Source: a virus
IMG/VR virus record: IMGVR_UViG_3300010396_000037
Length of the DNA: 64,000 nt
Reading direction: 5' to 3' (one strand)
Below the pieces are notes generated by a model, which saw nothing but the letters and a program-made list of their open reading frames with translations, made no database searches and was not told the DNA's origin. Position numbers and translations under genes: made by a program. Within the stretch, counting starts at the first letter, position 1; each line of letters begins with the position of its first letter. Shown one piece after another: positions 8,926-19,809 of this stretch.

Positions 8926-8968
8926 TTTAACAATCGTTAAGGTTAGAGTGATGAAAATGAGTTATACT
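8926..8968 (+). promoter_or_regulatory. Early-type promoter TTAAC-N4-GTTAA-N21/22-TAnnnT (also at about 50302, 56157, 58723, 59856, 61044, 61572)
   Basis: Seven intergenic copies with a fixed spacing to a -10 hexamer, each upstream of an RBS and ORF. Confidence 0.8.
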
Positions 8969-8999
8969 AAGTCGTTCCCCACTTTGAGAGGCTATCATA

Positions 9000-10049
9000 A
9001 TGGCTAACCGTGCTGCGGTTATGGATAGGCTGTATGGTTCTGAACCTCTTGTCATCAATGCGCAAGGCATTGAACTGATCAAGCTGATGAACTGGTACAA
9101 TATGAATGCTGAACCAGAAGATCGTCGCAAGTGGATCGTTGACTATGCTAAGAACAGACTGCACTACAGTGATACTGATTTGTCTTTGTTGTCAGGAGCT
9201 GCTTTGCAGATGGTTCAAACCATTCCATATTGCGCTCGCGCTATATTGAAAGGTAGCACATTTCATGATCAATTGAATGTGGTCAATTTGATTGACAATA
9301 CTTGTAAGGAAGTGGTTCAGAAAGCTCGCGCCAGTTACAATGAAAACCATTCTCAACGTGAGCAAAATAGAATCCGTTCTGAAATGGTCAGGAAAGTTAT
9401 TGTCTCAAACGCCTACTGGAACATTTTCGATCAGTTGGAAAATGGCAAGGGTGATGTTAAGCTGACTGCGCTGTCAGAACTGACGATACCTGAAATGGAG
9501 CGCATCAAAACTCACATTGAGTCTTCTTTGAATGAATACAAAGAAGCCAAGAATGATCCAGAAGGTTATGAGTGCATCAATTTTAGGGCCATGATCAAAC
9601 GTCTTGAAAAGACGCTCGATGATATCAATCAACAGACCAGCACTGTAAAGGCTCGCAAGAAAGTCACAGTGATCAGGAAGCATAAGCCTATCAGTGCGGC
9701 AAAGCAAGTCTCCAAGTTGCGGTATGCCAAGGAGATAGATGGCTTCAAGTCTGTGAATCCGGAAGCCATACTGACTGCCAGCTTGTTGTTTGTTTATGAT
9801 GAAAAGACCAGGAAACTGGTTAAGTTTCAGAATCCTGACGGCACGAAACTGGCGATCGCCAGCAGCAAGGTTAAGGCCCACACTATTACAGCCAGGACAG
9901 TTCGCAAGCCTTCGCTCGTGCTTACAGAGATGCGTAAAGGCACTATCAAGACAGCTGAAAGAGTGTATGAAACACTTACCACCAAAGAACAAGTTCACAG
10001 TGGGCGTCTGACTGACAAATGCTTAATTTTGCGGGTCAATGCGGTATAA
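9000..10049 (+). CDS. Conserved hypothetical T4-like phage protein, early promoter
   Basis: Long ORF with LMNWYN N-terminal motif and basic C-terminus (RTVRKP...GRL..CLILR); palindrome-box promoter upstream. Confidence 0.6.
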   Translation: MANRAAVMDRLYGSEPLVINAQGIELIKLMNWYNMNAEPEDRRKWIVDYAKNRLHYSDTDLSLLSGAALQMVQTIPYCARAILKGSTFHDQLNVVNLIDNTCKEVVQKARASYNENHSQREQNRIRSEMVRKVIVSNAYWNIFDQLENGKGDVKLTALSELTIPEMERIKTHIESSLNEYKEAKNDPEGYECINFRAMIKRLEKTLDDINQQTSTVKARKKVTVIRKHKPISAAKQVSKLRYAKEIDGFKSVNPEAILTASLLFVYDEKTRKLVKFQNPDGTKLAIASSKVKAHTITARTVRKPSLVLTEMRKGTIKTAERVYETLTTKEQVHSGRLTDKCLILRVNAV

Positions 10050-10397
10050 TCATGATATTGTGATCGGGAACATTAACATGAAAATTAGAAACCAGTACAT
10101 TTGTTTGATCATTGGATGGTTGTTTTATTTCTTTGGTCTGGTGTTTCATACTTTTTGGCTTGGCACCGTATGCTATGGATTGGCTTGTTTCTTCTTTATC
10201 ACATCAATCGTGAGTGCTTTCTACGAGTAGAGGTATTAAATGAAAGTTTGGTATAAGGACTGGCACTACTGGGCAGGTGCGTTGTCTATCTGGCTTGGAT
10301 TTTTTGCAGACAGACCTCACTTGAACATTATTAGTTATAGCTTCGTGATTGGTTACATATTCACACTCTTGGGCATTGGCCTTTTGTACAGAGAACA

Positions 10398-11318
10398 ATG
10401 ATACTTGTAGACTTCTCCCAGATAGCTTATGCGGCGATACACGCAACTACGAAATCAGGCAGAGTTGATGAAAGTTTCTTACGTCATCTTGTCCTGAATT
10501 CTGTACTGCACATCCAGCGTAAGCATTCGCATAAGTATGGTAAGGAGATCGTTCTTGCCTGCGACAACCGTCATTGCTGGCGTGTTGACAGTTTCCCCCC
10601 ATACAAATGGGAACGCCGTAACAACGAGACGAAGGACGAACTTGACTGGGATTCTATACACGCATCATTAAACAATATTCAACAGGAAATCAGAAACCAT
10701 TTTAGATATTCTGTTGTGAATGTTGATGGCGCTGAAGGCGATGATGTGATAGGTGTATTGGCTAATCATGCTTGGGTTCAAGAACGAGAAATCGGTCCTG
10801 CAGAATTTGGTGGATTGATATTGGAAAGCGATCGACCAAGACTGGAAAGTTATCCAACTCTAATTGTCTCTTCTGATAAGGATTATGGCCAATTAGGGTA
10901 CATAGCTGATCAGTATGACCCCAAGAAGAAAGTGTTCATCACTTCTCCTGATCCAGATGGAGCACTGCGTTACTTAGTATTGAAAGGGGATTCATGTGAT
11001 GGTATCCCCAACATATTGAGTGATGATGATGTGTTCATGGACAAGAATAAGAAACAGAAGCCTGTTGGTCAAAAGAAATTGATGGAATGGGCTGCACTCA
11101 CGGATCAACAGTTGAAAGATTCTAATCCTGCTATTGCAAAGAATTGGGAACGCAACAACACGTTAATCAATTTGAGAAATAAAACACCAACAGATATTGC
11201 TTCCAAGATCGTGTATGAATATCAACAACAGATTGGCAAGAATTCTAATGGCCTGATGGATTACTTCTTTAAGAATCACTTACACAAATTGATGCAAGAC
11301 ATTCAGGAGTTTCAATGA
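10398..11318 (+). CDS. rnh: T4-type RNase H / 5'-3' flap exonuclease
   Basis: LVDFSQI, CWR....P.YK..R, AEGDDVIG, SSDKDYGQL, LKGD..DGIPNI. Confidence 0.9.
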   Translation: MILVDFSQIAYAAIHATTKSGRVDESFLRHLVLNSVLHIQRKHSHKYGKEIVLACDNRHCWRVDSFPPYKWERRNNETKDELDWDSIHASLNNIQQEIRNHFRYSVVNVDGAEGDDVIGVLANHAWVQEREIGPAEFGGLILESDRPRLESYPTLIVSSDKDYGQLGYIADQYDPKKKVFITSPDPDGALRYLVLKGDSCDGIPNILSDDDVFMDKNKKQKPVGQKKLMEWAALTDQQLKDSNPAIAKNWERNNTLINLRNKTPTDIASKIVYEYQQQIGKNSNGLMDYFFKNHLHKLMQDIQEFQ

Positions 11319-11761
11319 TTAGAAAAGCAATGGGCTCTATTATCAAACAAGTTTGTGGCTTGAAGAATGACGCTGAAAAGATTTCATTTCTAAGACAGAA
11401 TTGTAGTGCACCCCAATTCAAGACAGTCTTGTGGCTATGGACTACAGACAAAGTTCATTTTAATCTCCCTGAAGGCAAACCCCCCTATGACCACAAGAAT
11501 GATGGTTATGATGAAGGAGCCGAAGAAGAAATTTTGTACATGGAGGCACGTAAACTAATAAACGTGACTGACCATGGTGTGATGAAACACCAGCACAAAT
11601 TTAAGCGTGAACAGTGGTTTATTGATTTGATAAAGGATGTTCATCCGGATGATGCTGACTTGTTGTGTTGGGTCAAGGATAAGACATTTCCTGATGGTCT
11701 CAATAGAAATATCATTATGAAAGCGATTCCCTCCCTTAAGAGCATGGATAATTCATGTTGA
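11315..11761 (+). CDS. Conserved hypothetical protein found after rnh in T4-like phages
   Basis: LPEG.PPY, KRE..FI.L...VHP.DA.LL..VKDK. Confidence 0.6.
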   Translation: MIRKAMGSIIKQVCGLKNDAEKISFLRQNCSAPQFKTVLWLWTTDKVHFNLPEGKPPYDHKNDGYDEGAEEEILYMEARKLINVTDHGVMKHQHKFKREQWFIDLIKDVHPDDADLLCWVKDKTFPDGLNRNIIMKAIPSLKSMDNSC

Positions 11762-12612
11762 AAATAATTACTGATGTTGATGGTGTGTTGTTAGACTGGT
11801 TTAATGGATTTGAAAAGTGGATCACTGAAGTCAAGGGCGTGAAGCCCACTCATGATGCCACACCGTCAATGTATAAATTGACGGATAAATATCCGTTCAC
11901 AAGTAAGGAAATAGTTAAACTGATTGAAGAGTTTAATAGCAGTCCTTATTTCGGTGAATTGAAGCCAATTGATGGCTCTGTAGAGTTTCTCAAAAAGCTT
12001 CTTGAAGATAATACCAAAGAAGTAGCTTGGCTTTCTGCTGGTTCAGTTGCAGGTCAAGAAGAATTATGTTTTGATATGCGCGCTAATAACCTAAAGGAAT
12101 GCTTTGGAACTGATATTACAGGCACCCTTTTAGTCATGGACACACCCAAAGACGCTTACCTAGAAAAATACAAAGAAGAAATGGGTGATAGTCTGGTTTT
12201 CATAGAAGATTCTTTGAGTCATGCTGAAACTGCGATTAAACTTGGTATCAGAACCATTCTGCTTGGAACCACTTACAATAACACCAAGAACAAATCAAAG
12301 CTGTTGTACAGAGCTGAAAGCTGGGAAAACATTTACAATATTATTGATAAAATTGAGAAGGAAATAGAGTATATGAACACGCATGTATCTCGTACTGGAC
12401 AAACTGCAAAACACTGGAAATATTTGAAAGAAAAGAAAGCAACCAATCCAACATACAAACATGTGAGTGCTGAAGTTTCAATGATTCCAAATCCATTGGG
12501 TGAAATGTTGCCGCCTATTCCAATGGTGTCTAGGCCAGGGAACACTTACAACATTGGGCGCAACAAGGCAAAACGTGAAAAGAAAGCGATGAGGAGAATC
12601 CAGAATGGATAA
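11755..12612 (+). CDS. HAD-family nucleotidase/phosphatase (T4 gp30.2-like) with a basic C-terminal extension
   Basis: TDVDGVLLDW (HAD motif I), FNSS, FIEDS (motif IV). Confidence 0.7.
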   Translation: MLKIITDVDGVLLDWFNGFEKWITEVKGVKPTHDATPSMYKLTDKYPFTSKEIVKLIEEFNSSPYFGELKPIDGSVEFLKKLLEDNTKEVAWLSAGSVAGQEELCFDMRANNLKECFGTDITGTLLVMDTPKDAYLEKYKEEMGDSLVFIEDSLSHAETAIKLGIRTILLGTTYNNTKNKSKLLYRAESWENIYNIIDKIEKEIEYMNTHVSRTGQTAKHWKYLKEKKATNPTYKHVSAEVSMIPNPLGEMLPPIPMVSRPGNTYNIGRNKAKREKKAMRRIQNG

Positions 12613-12913
12613 TTATGCGGCTAAAAGTGAAGTACAGGAAGATATTTCAGCAGAAGCTGATAAGCATCAAGTGTTGAATAAACAACTTGATGAAGCTATT
12701 AGTTATCTGGAAAGTTCTCTTGATAGAGTTCTTATTCCAGAGAAGGAAAAGGCAATACTGGGCGATTCAAGTGTAAGCTACGCTATCAATGCAGCTCCAG
12801 CTCCTTCGCAACCAAGGAGTAAATTGAGTGTCTGGATGAGTCGCAGAAATGATGTATTAGAGCGTGCCATTGAAAGGATCAATAATCTGCGCACAAGATT
12901 GGATATAATTTGA
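12605..12913 (+). CDS. Hypothetical coiled-coil protein
   Basis: ORF with GAGGAG RBS, translationally coupled to its neighbours. Confidence 0.5.
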   Translation: MDNYAAKSEVQEDISAEADKHQVLNKQLDEAISYLESSLDRVLIPEKEKAILGDSSVSYAINAAPAPSQPRSKLSVWMSRRNDVLERAIERINNLRTRLDII

Positions 12914-13956
12914 TGCGAACAGTTTTTAATACAAACAAGAAATCCAGGAAGCCATCACTTTTCTTTGGTGATGGTTTGTCTGTTGCTAGATTCGATGAAC
13001 AGAATTTTGAAATCTTTGAAAAGTTGACCAAACGGCAGCTGGGTTATTTCTGGAAGCCAGATGAAGTAGATGTTTCTAAGGATATCAAGGACTTCCGTGC
13101 GTTGAATGAAGCTGAACAACATATTTTCACTTCAAACATCAAACGTCAGGTGATGCTGGATTCTATCCAAGGTCGAAGTCCTGCATTGGTCTTGTTACCT
13201 ATCTGTTCATCTACAGAACTCGAGAATTGGATTCTAACTTGGTCTTTCATGGAGACCATTCATTCTCGTTCTTATTCCTACATCATACAGAATGTATATT
13301 CTGATCCTAGTATTGTACTAGATGATGTGAGTTCTAATCAATATATCAAAGAATGTGCGAATGAAATCAGTTATTACTATGACAGATTGGTAGCAGTGCC
13401 AGCCAAAGAAGAGTTGATTATGCTGCTATATGCAATTGCGGCATTAGAAGGCGTGCGATTCTATGTTTCTTTTGCTTGTTCTTGGGCATTTACAGAACAA
13501 AAAAAATCAATGGAAGGGAATGCTAAACTGATCAAGCTGATTGCTCGCGATGAGAATTTGCATCTTGGAGCAGTACAACATATGATTAAGATACTTCAGA
13601 CCGATCCTTCTTACAAGAAAGCATTTGAAGAAACTCGCCAAGTGGGTATTGATATCTTTGAATCTGTCGCGAAACAAGAAAAAGATTGGACGGATTATTT
13701 GTTCAGGCATGGCGCCATGATAGGTCTGAATACAGACATGTTGAAGAGTTATGTAGATTGGTTGGTGTCCAAGCGTCTATTATCCTTGGGTCTGCCTTCC
13801 TCTTATGTAGGAACCAATCCTCTACCTTGGACCAACAAATGGATCAGTGGTAAGGAAGTCCAGTCCGCTCCCCAGGAGACCACACTGGTCAATTACATAG
13901 CAGGTGACATTAAACAAGACGTGAATGAGAAGACTTTCTCAGGATTTTCACTGTGA
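12913..13956 (+). CDS. nrdB: Ribonucleotide reductase class Ia beta subunit
   Basis: FWKPDEV, LDSIQGR, ETIHSRSY, EGVRFYVSFACS, IARDENLH, APQET. Confidence 0.95.
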   Translation: MRTVFNTNKKSRKPSLFFGDGLSVARFDEQNFEIFEKLTKRQLGYFWKPDEVDVSKDIKDFRALNEAEQHIFTSNIKRQVMLDSIQGRSPALVLLPICSSTELENWILTWSFMETIHSRSYSYIIQNVYSDPSIVLDDVSSNQYIKECANEISYYYDRLVAVPAKEELIMLLYAIAALEGVRFYVSFACSWAFTEQKKSMEGNAKLIKLIARDENLHLGAVQHMIKILQTDPSYKKAFEETRQVGIDIFESVAKQEKDWTDYLFRHGAMIGLNTDMLKSYVDWLVSKRLLSLGLPSSYVGTNPLPWTNKWISGKEVQSAPQETTLVNYIAGDIKQDVNEKTFSGFSL

Positions 13957-13992
13957 GCAATTTGTTGCGGTTAACAAATGAAAGAATAAATC

Positions 13993-15315
13993 ATGAATGA
14001 CTTTGCAAAAATATTTCACACGCCAAAATATGGCCAAGTCCTAATGTTGTTGAAAGCAGATGAGGAAGGCAAGCCTAGATTATGTTTCTTTATGAAGCCT
14101 AATGGACTTGACGTTTGTAACATTGCTCTTGGATTTGATGAATGGGATGATGCAGAAAAAGCATTCGAAGAAGCAAACGATGATATTGCTAGTCAATTGG
14201 CTGAAGCATTGTTCTTATCCATACATTCCCGATAAGACGGATATAAGGAAGGAACAATGAATGATGTCATAGCTATTCATAGAGCTTGGTATCGAGTTGA
14301 TCCAGCTTACCGAAATGAAAAAAGCTATAGAGTCATGGTATTGAAACCAGAAACAACAGTGTCCGAAATCATTAATTGGTACGAAACTGGAATAAATGTT
14401 ATTGGCAAAGGTGACTTAATTATTTGCGAAGCTCAATTGGAGAAGGGAGAATGAATTATGTCAAAAGAGATCAAGTCGTTCAGGATGTTCTGACAGAACT
14501 TGAAAAAGCGGTGCAGAAATATCCTTCATGGCCAACTGATGCTATGCATGCGATTGGTCCATTCAATGAAGAAGCTGGAGAACTGAATCAAGCTCTTTTG
14601 CAGAGAGTATATGAACCCTGGAAAAATGCTGATTGTGATCAAGTTAGAAAGGAAGCGATTCAAGCAGCTGCCATGGCAATTCGCTTCCTGATGAGTGTAG
14701 AAGTGTACAGCTATAATCAATCTGTACAACATAGCCAGTGAGTATATAATTATGTTTGATAGGATATTATTTTCGATTGCGATGTTGTGTTCAATATCTG
14801 TAATTCTTATTGACGCAATTGTTCCTGGTCAATATAATGGTGGTGAAATGTTGTGGGCTGGAGTAGCAACATTGTGGTGTATCAGTTGGTATATTAATCA
14901 TGAACAAAAATGAACGACAGTCTTTGATGGAATTACTTGAGCGTTTGAAACATATTGAGGGAGCACGAGACGGAGATGAAGCATGTTTAAGATGTGCTCG
15001 TCGTCATCTTGCAGAAGTTCTTGGATTGGATCTTACCCACTATCGCCTAATGTATGAAGAGATTCCTGTTACACGTAAGATGTTCTACAAGCATTACAAG
15101 AAAGTAGAATGACGAAGTGGCCATACACGCAAGTAGACCATGATGGCTTCAAATGTGGAGTTTGTGGAAAAGTAGTTGTAACAGACTGCATGATAATAGA
15201 CCAATATGGACACCAGGTGTATTTCCCTGCATCCTTATATTGGAATTTTGAAAAGTCAGAAGTTTACTGTGGATCTGAACATTCCTTAGAAGGTCACAAG
15301 AAATCAGCTAGATGA
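13993..15315 (+). CDS. Run of small hypothetical genes, including a MazG-like helical protein at 14451-14741
   Basis: Closely packed ORFs; EEAGEL..A and KEAIQ.AAMAIRF in 14451-14741. Confidence 0.5.
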
Positions 15316-15486
15316 TTTCTTCTTTGAGAATATACTCTTAGCACGCTTGATTAGGTCCCACCACTTCCCAAGCAAGAAGTCTCTTGCTACAAGACTATAA
15401 TGACGAACTAAACCGCCTGCAACGAAACAGGCGATATAGGGGACCCAAGACCAATGTACAGTTGGTAGGAAAGAAAGGATTGACAT
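15304..15486 (-). CDS. Small membrane protein after the tail tube gene
   Basis: 60 aa, one hydrophobic segment, basic C-terminus, coupled to the gp19 stop. Confidence 0.45.
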   Translation of the reverse strand: MSILSFLPTVHWSWVPYIACFVAGGLVRHYSLVARDFLLGKWWDLIKRAKSIFSKKKSSS

Positions 15487-16019
15487 TATTCAATCTCACC
15501 CACGATGGTGAATTCATCAAGAACGAATGTAACAGGGAAGATTTCAATTTGACTACCAGCTTGCCAAGACAACTGAATTCCGCCCACTTGTACAGGAAAT
15601 AGTCCCTCAAAGTTATAAGTCTTGATGACTTGACCTGTTTGTGAATACTGCAGAACTTGTCCACGGCTCTTGTATGCTGCAGGTGCTGATGTACCTGTAG
15701 CACGAATGTTAGTTACAGGTGTATTAATCTTTCCAACCCATGCTTCAAAACCAGCACGTACCAAGAAGTCTTCATCGTTTATTACTTCAACTTGCCATTG
15801 CTGATATTGACGAACACCAGCAACGTTTATCGTACGACCAAAATAAGGTACAGGTATGGAAGTGACGGATGAATCTGGTATCGAAGCAGCCATGATCATA
15901 AATGGCTGTTTGATTTGACCACGCCCATCCAATGGGTTAAAGATGTTGACTTGGAACAGACTAGGGCGAGCGCCACCATATTGGAGTTGGCTCTGGATGT
16001 CTGAAATTGCAAATGCCAT
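15486..16019 (-). CDS. 19: Tail tube protein gp19
   Basis: GGARPSLF.V, VPYFGR.I..AG.R, W...V.NDEDF..R..FE.W, F.G.FP. Confidence 0.9.
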   Translation of the reverse strand: MAFAISDIQSQLQYGGARPSLFQVNIFNPLDGRGQIKQPFMIMAASIPDSSVTSIPVPYFGRTINVAGVRQYQQWQVEVINDEDFLVRAGFEAWVGKINTPVTNIRATGTSAPAAYKSRGQVLQYSQTGQVIKTYNFEGLFPVQVGGIQLSWQAGSQIEIFPVTFVLDEFTIVGEIE

Positions 16020-16034
16020 GTTAGTTATTCCTTA

Positions 16035-18059
16035 TCAAGAAGAAATTGGACCAGTTGTTTGTTGTTCTGAGAAGCTGACTGATCCATTAACTGCTGTAAA
16101 TGTCAAATTGATGAAGTTGATTGAGAAGTTTGGCTGCACATAAATGCTACCAACGAACTCATTACTATCAACAACCTGTTGTGTATTGTTGGTTGAATCG
16201 CAGATGACCTGGAACCAAGTCAAACCACGACGACCCTGAACATCACGCAAGTACGGGTTGACCATATTTACGAACTGGGCTTGTGTGATTGTATCATTGA
16301 ATTCAAACAATTCATATTTAGCAGCAATAGCAATCGCCTTTTCAATCACAACAAACAGTGAACGCACGTTGATGCGACTGAATGCGCTTGGCTTAGACAA
16401 CAAGGTCTTATCACCAAACAATACAGTACCCTGTCCAGGGAATGTCACAACTGGGTTGATTGAAGACTGATACAACAAGTCTCTATCAGTCTGTTGTGGA
16501 CTGTAAGCCAACTTGATGCAATTCTTGATGTTGCCACGGTTGTAACCGGCTGGAGACCACCATGGGTCTGGAAGGGAAGCATACAAACCAGCGATATCAG
16601 CATTCAATGGAACATAGATGTACTGAGAGTTGTATGGGTCATACATGTACTTGTAACCAGAATCCAAGAAAGCATAGCTGCTAGATGGAAGTTGATTACG
16701 ATAAGACACAAGACCAGCAGCTTGACCAGCAGTCACACCAACAACAGTAGAACGTGGTGGGCTCACGAATGCGATACAATCCTTGCGTCCTTCAGCCAAT
16801 TGACTGATCAAGAAAACAGGAATAGTTGAATTTAGAGTTGGACCCTGAATAATTGCATTGATGGTGTATGTATCAGCATTCTGGTACAAAGCCCATGCGT
16901 TTTGCAATGAACCTGTTGAGATGGTGCCTTCTCCAGCAGAACCAACACCACCAGCAAATGTAACTTCAAGAGGAGTGTAATTGGTAGAAGCTGTGATAGA
17001 TGAAGCGTTACCAGATGGCGCACCAGCACGATCACCAGTCCACCATGCATAAGCACTTTGTGTGTTGATCACTGAAGCATAGTAGTTGCTTCCGCCAGAC
17101 TCTGCCTGAGAATCTTTCGCACGTGACAAACCTTGGTACACTTCCAATACGGAACCAGGGATGCCTGTAAATGCACCACCAGCGTCAACAAACACTACGT
17201 GCAATTCATCACCAGCGCCACCCAACTTAGATACATAATCAGATGTACCAGGAGCGGTTGTTACGAGGTTGTAGAATTCCCAGTAGCGAGTCACAGTGGC
17301 TGAAGTTGCGTTAGCAGTCAAGAACAGAGTGTTTGCCAATGAGATAACAGCAGTGGCCACACCATTGGCAGTCGTTACAGGTGTACCAACAGAAGAAATC
17401 TGAACATACTGCGTACCAATGGAGGTGTTGCCTAGAGCCAACCAGTCACCTGCATTCAAACTTCCAACAATTGTGGTAGCATCTCCCAATGAAGCGGTGT
17501 TAGCTGTATTGCCAGATGGGTTTGAGTTAGTAACAGTCAAAACACCACTGTTAGCACCAGGCTGGAAAGTGAATTGCGCAGTGTTATTAGCATTGGAAGG
17601 AGCAGGAGAAGAACTGGTGTAAGCATTTGCAGAGTCGCAAACAGAGACTTGCAAACTGTTACCTAGTGATCCAGGATACTTCGCCATGTACAAACTATTC
17701 GTAGGAAGTGAGGTCAGAGCTTCATATGCGTCGCTGTTGTTGACCTGAATTGGGGTAGCAGTGCCTGTATTTGCAAGTGAGTTTACAGCATTTGCGTCTA
17801 CAGCACGACAAACATACAATGAAGAACTGTAAGACAAGAAGTTGTAAGCACTGAACCAAGATTCAATGTTGTAATCATTGATTGGTTTACCAAAAGTTTG
17901 GATCAACTGCGATACAGAACCAATCAGAGTTGGTTGCATAGCAGGACCCCATACGAACGGAGCAGCAGTCGCTCCCACTGTTGTAGGAACAGCAGGAATC
18001 GTAAGAGTTTGGTCTTGTTCCTGTACAGTTACACCAGGAGAGATAGAAAACATCGCCAT
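16035..18059 (-). CDS. 18: Tail sheath protein gp18
   Basis: SPGV.V.E.D, F.WGP, PWWSPAGYNRG, LFGDKT, SAFSRINVR, LFEFND. Confidence 0.95.
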   Translation of the reverse strand: MAMFSISPGVTVQEQDQTLTIPAVPTTVGATAAPFVWGPAMQPTLIGSVSQLIQTFGKPINDYNIESWFSAYNFLSYSSSLYVCRAVDANAVNSLANTGTATPIQVNNSDAYEALTSLPTNSLYMAKYPGSLGNSLQVSVCDSANAYTSSSPAPSNANNTAQFTFQPGANSGVLTVTNSNPSGNTANTASLGDATTIVGSLNAGDWLALGNTSIGTQYVQISSVGTPVTTANGVATAVISLANTLFLTANATSATVTRYWEFYNLVTTAPGTSDYVSKLGGAGDELHVVFVDAGGAFTGIPGSVLEVYQGLSRAKDSQAESGGSNYYASVINTQSAYAWWTGDRAGAPSGNASSITASTNYTPLEVTFAGGVGSAGEGTISTGSLQNAWALYQNADTYTINAIIQGPTLNSTIPVFLISQLAEGRKDCIAFVSPPRSTVVGVTAGQAAGLVSYRNQLPSSSYAFLDSGYKYMYDPYNSQYIYVPLNADIAGLYASLPDPWWSPAGYNRGNIKNCIKLAYSPQQTDRDLLYQSSINPVVTFPGQGTVLFGDKTLLSKPSAFSRINVRSLFVVIEKAIAIAAKYELFEFNDTITQAQFVNMVNPYLRDVQGRRGLTWFQVICDSTNNTQQVVDSNEFVGSIYVQPNFSINFINLTFTAVNGSVSFSEQQTTGPISS

Positions 18060-18126
18060 GTTGTTGGCTCCTACAGAAAATTAGTGATATTTCATCAGAA
18101 TGTATTTAGTTTTTGGACAGCCTGTG

Positions 18127-19809
18127 TTACCAATTGCCTACTTGATATTCAGCTTGTTCAATCACATCAGAGAGGGCAGGAGTAAAATCAAAAGGTTTTT
18201 CTTCCTCAATTTCACCTTCATCAATGATTCCAAACAACAACTGGTCTTCTTCATGTTTTTCACGTTTCTGTTCCTGAATCTTCTTCCATGCTGAATCTGC
18301 AGGTTCTGTAATATCTAAGAATGCAATCTGTGTAGTCGCCCAACAGAATAGAACAAGGCACATCACGAGATCATCATGCCTACCTTCCTGCGCCTCAAAA
18401 CTCTTGCCAGCCTTGATGAAGGATATCAATTCATTTACCAGTTCTTCGCTGTTTAGAATGATCTGATCATTTTCAAGAATGCTCTTCAACGCGAAACATC
18501 CAATACGTTTTACAGGTGTTGTTGTTCTTATTCCATGTTTTGGATTGTTACCACCATTCAGCATTATTCCAGCTCTACCTGCTGAACCTGTTTGCATGAT
18601 GTTTTCGCATTCTAGATCATAAAGCAATATGCTGATGACTTGCGCGCCAATGTCATTCTCTTCTGCTAGAATATATGCGTCATTGTACACCTTAGCTGCA
18701 TGCGCAATGTAGTTGGGATAAGTTTCTGCTTTAATGGTATTTTCTCTAAATTGTGCTACCACTTCATAAGGCGCAGAAGTTACATCAATTACAAGGAATG
18801 CAGAATAATCTCCTCCTACTCCACGAGCAGTGTCAGCTACAACCATGTAGATATGATTATCAATTGGTTCCTTGTAGATAGCAATATCTTCAGATTTTCT
18901 GAGAGAATCAATATGTGGTAGTCGTGCAAGAACGATTGGATCAATCAGAGTATCAGTACTGCCGATAAATTCTGTATCATATTCTTGCCTAAATTGTTCT
19001 TTAGACGTGTTCTTGATGGTTTCTTCTTTCCACTTTTCATCACGACCAGGAGTTTCAGACCAATGTATATCTATGGGCTTGTAAGCGTTCTTTTTAGTAA
19101 TCGCGCCTTTCCATAGATTGAAGAACAACTCCATTCCATTTGGAGTGCTGATGATAATAACCTTGGTCTTTGTACCAGAAGTAATAACAGGATAAGTAGA
19201 AGTAAAGAACTTGGTCTGAATGTTATAAGGCACGTGAGCGAACTCATCTAATACGACGCAGTTCAAGCTCTTTGAACGCAAACCACCTGCTGTGGTTGCT
19301 GATGCGAAAACAGATGAATTGTTCTCAAGAGCAATGGAACGCAGATTCCAAGTCACTACACCCTGTTGAATCCATTTTGGTAAATTTTCATATGCTAAAC
19401 GAACACGACCCAGAAGTTCTTGGGCGTTCTCCATTTTGTTAGCCATCAAACCTATAGCATAAGATGGTTGAAAGATTATGCTCCAGATGATGAATCCACT
19501 GACGGATGTGGATTTACCGCACTGACGTGGAGCTTTTACAATTGAGAATCTTCCTCTAATAAATTGTTTGATCATCTTCTTCTGATATTTCCAAGGTTTG
19601 AATGGAACCAAACCTTCATCTAAGTTGATGATCTTAATGTAATTTTCTATGAAATAGATAGGGTCTTCAGAACATTTGACATATTCCTCCATCTGTGAGG
19701 GAGTCAAACGCACTGGGATACCAGCAGGTCTTAGACGAGGATTACCATCAAAACTGCTGCGTTCTAGATCTATATGTTCAGCTAAAACTAATTCTTCACT
19801 CTGATTCAT
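18127..19809 (-). CDS. 17: Terminase large subunit gp17
   Basis: PRQCGKST, YENLPKW.Q.GV..WN, LDEFAHV, STPNG, HDDLVM. Confidence 0.95.
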   Translation of the reverse strand: MNQSEELVLAEHIDLERSSFDGNPRLRPAGIPVRLTPSQMEEYVKCSEDPIYFIENYIKIINLDEGLVPFKPWKYQKKMIKQFIRGRFSIVKAPRQCGKSTSVSGFIIWSIIFQPSYAIGLMANKMENAQELLGRVRLAYENLPKWIQQGVVTWNLRSIALENNSSVFASATTAGGLRSKSLNCVVLDEFAHVPYNIQTKFFTSTYPVITSGTKTKVIIISTPNGMELFFNLWKGAITKKNAYKPIDIHWSETPGRDEKWKEETIKNTSKEQFRQEYDTEFIGSTDTLIDPIVLARLPHIDSLRKSEDIAIYKEPIDNHIYMVVADTARGVGGDYSAFLVIDVTSAPYEVVAQFRENTIKAETYPNYIAHAAKVYNDAYILAEENDIGAQVISILLYDLECENIMQTGSAGRAGIMLNGGNNPKHGIRTTTPVKRIGCFALKSILENDQIILNSEELVNELISFIKAGKSFEAQEGRHDDLVMCLVLFCWATTQIAFLDITEPADSAWKKIQEQKREKHEEDQLLFGIIDEGEIEEEKPFDFTPALSDVIEQAEYQVGNW

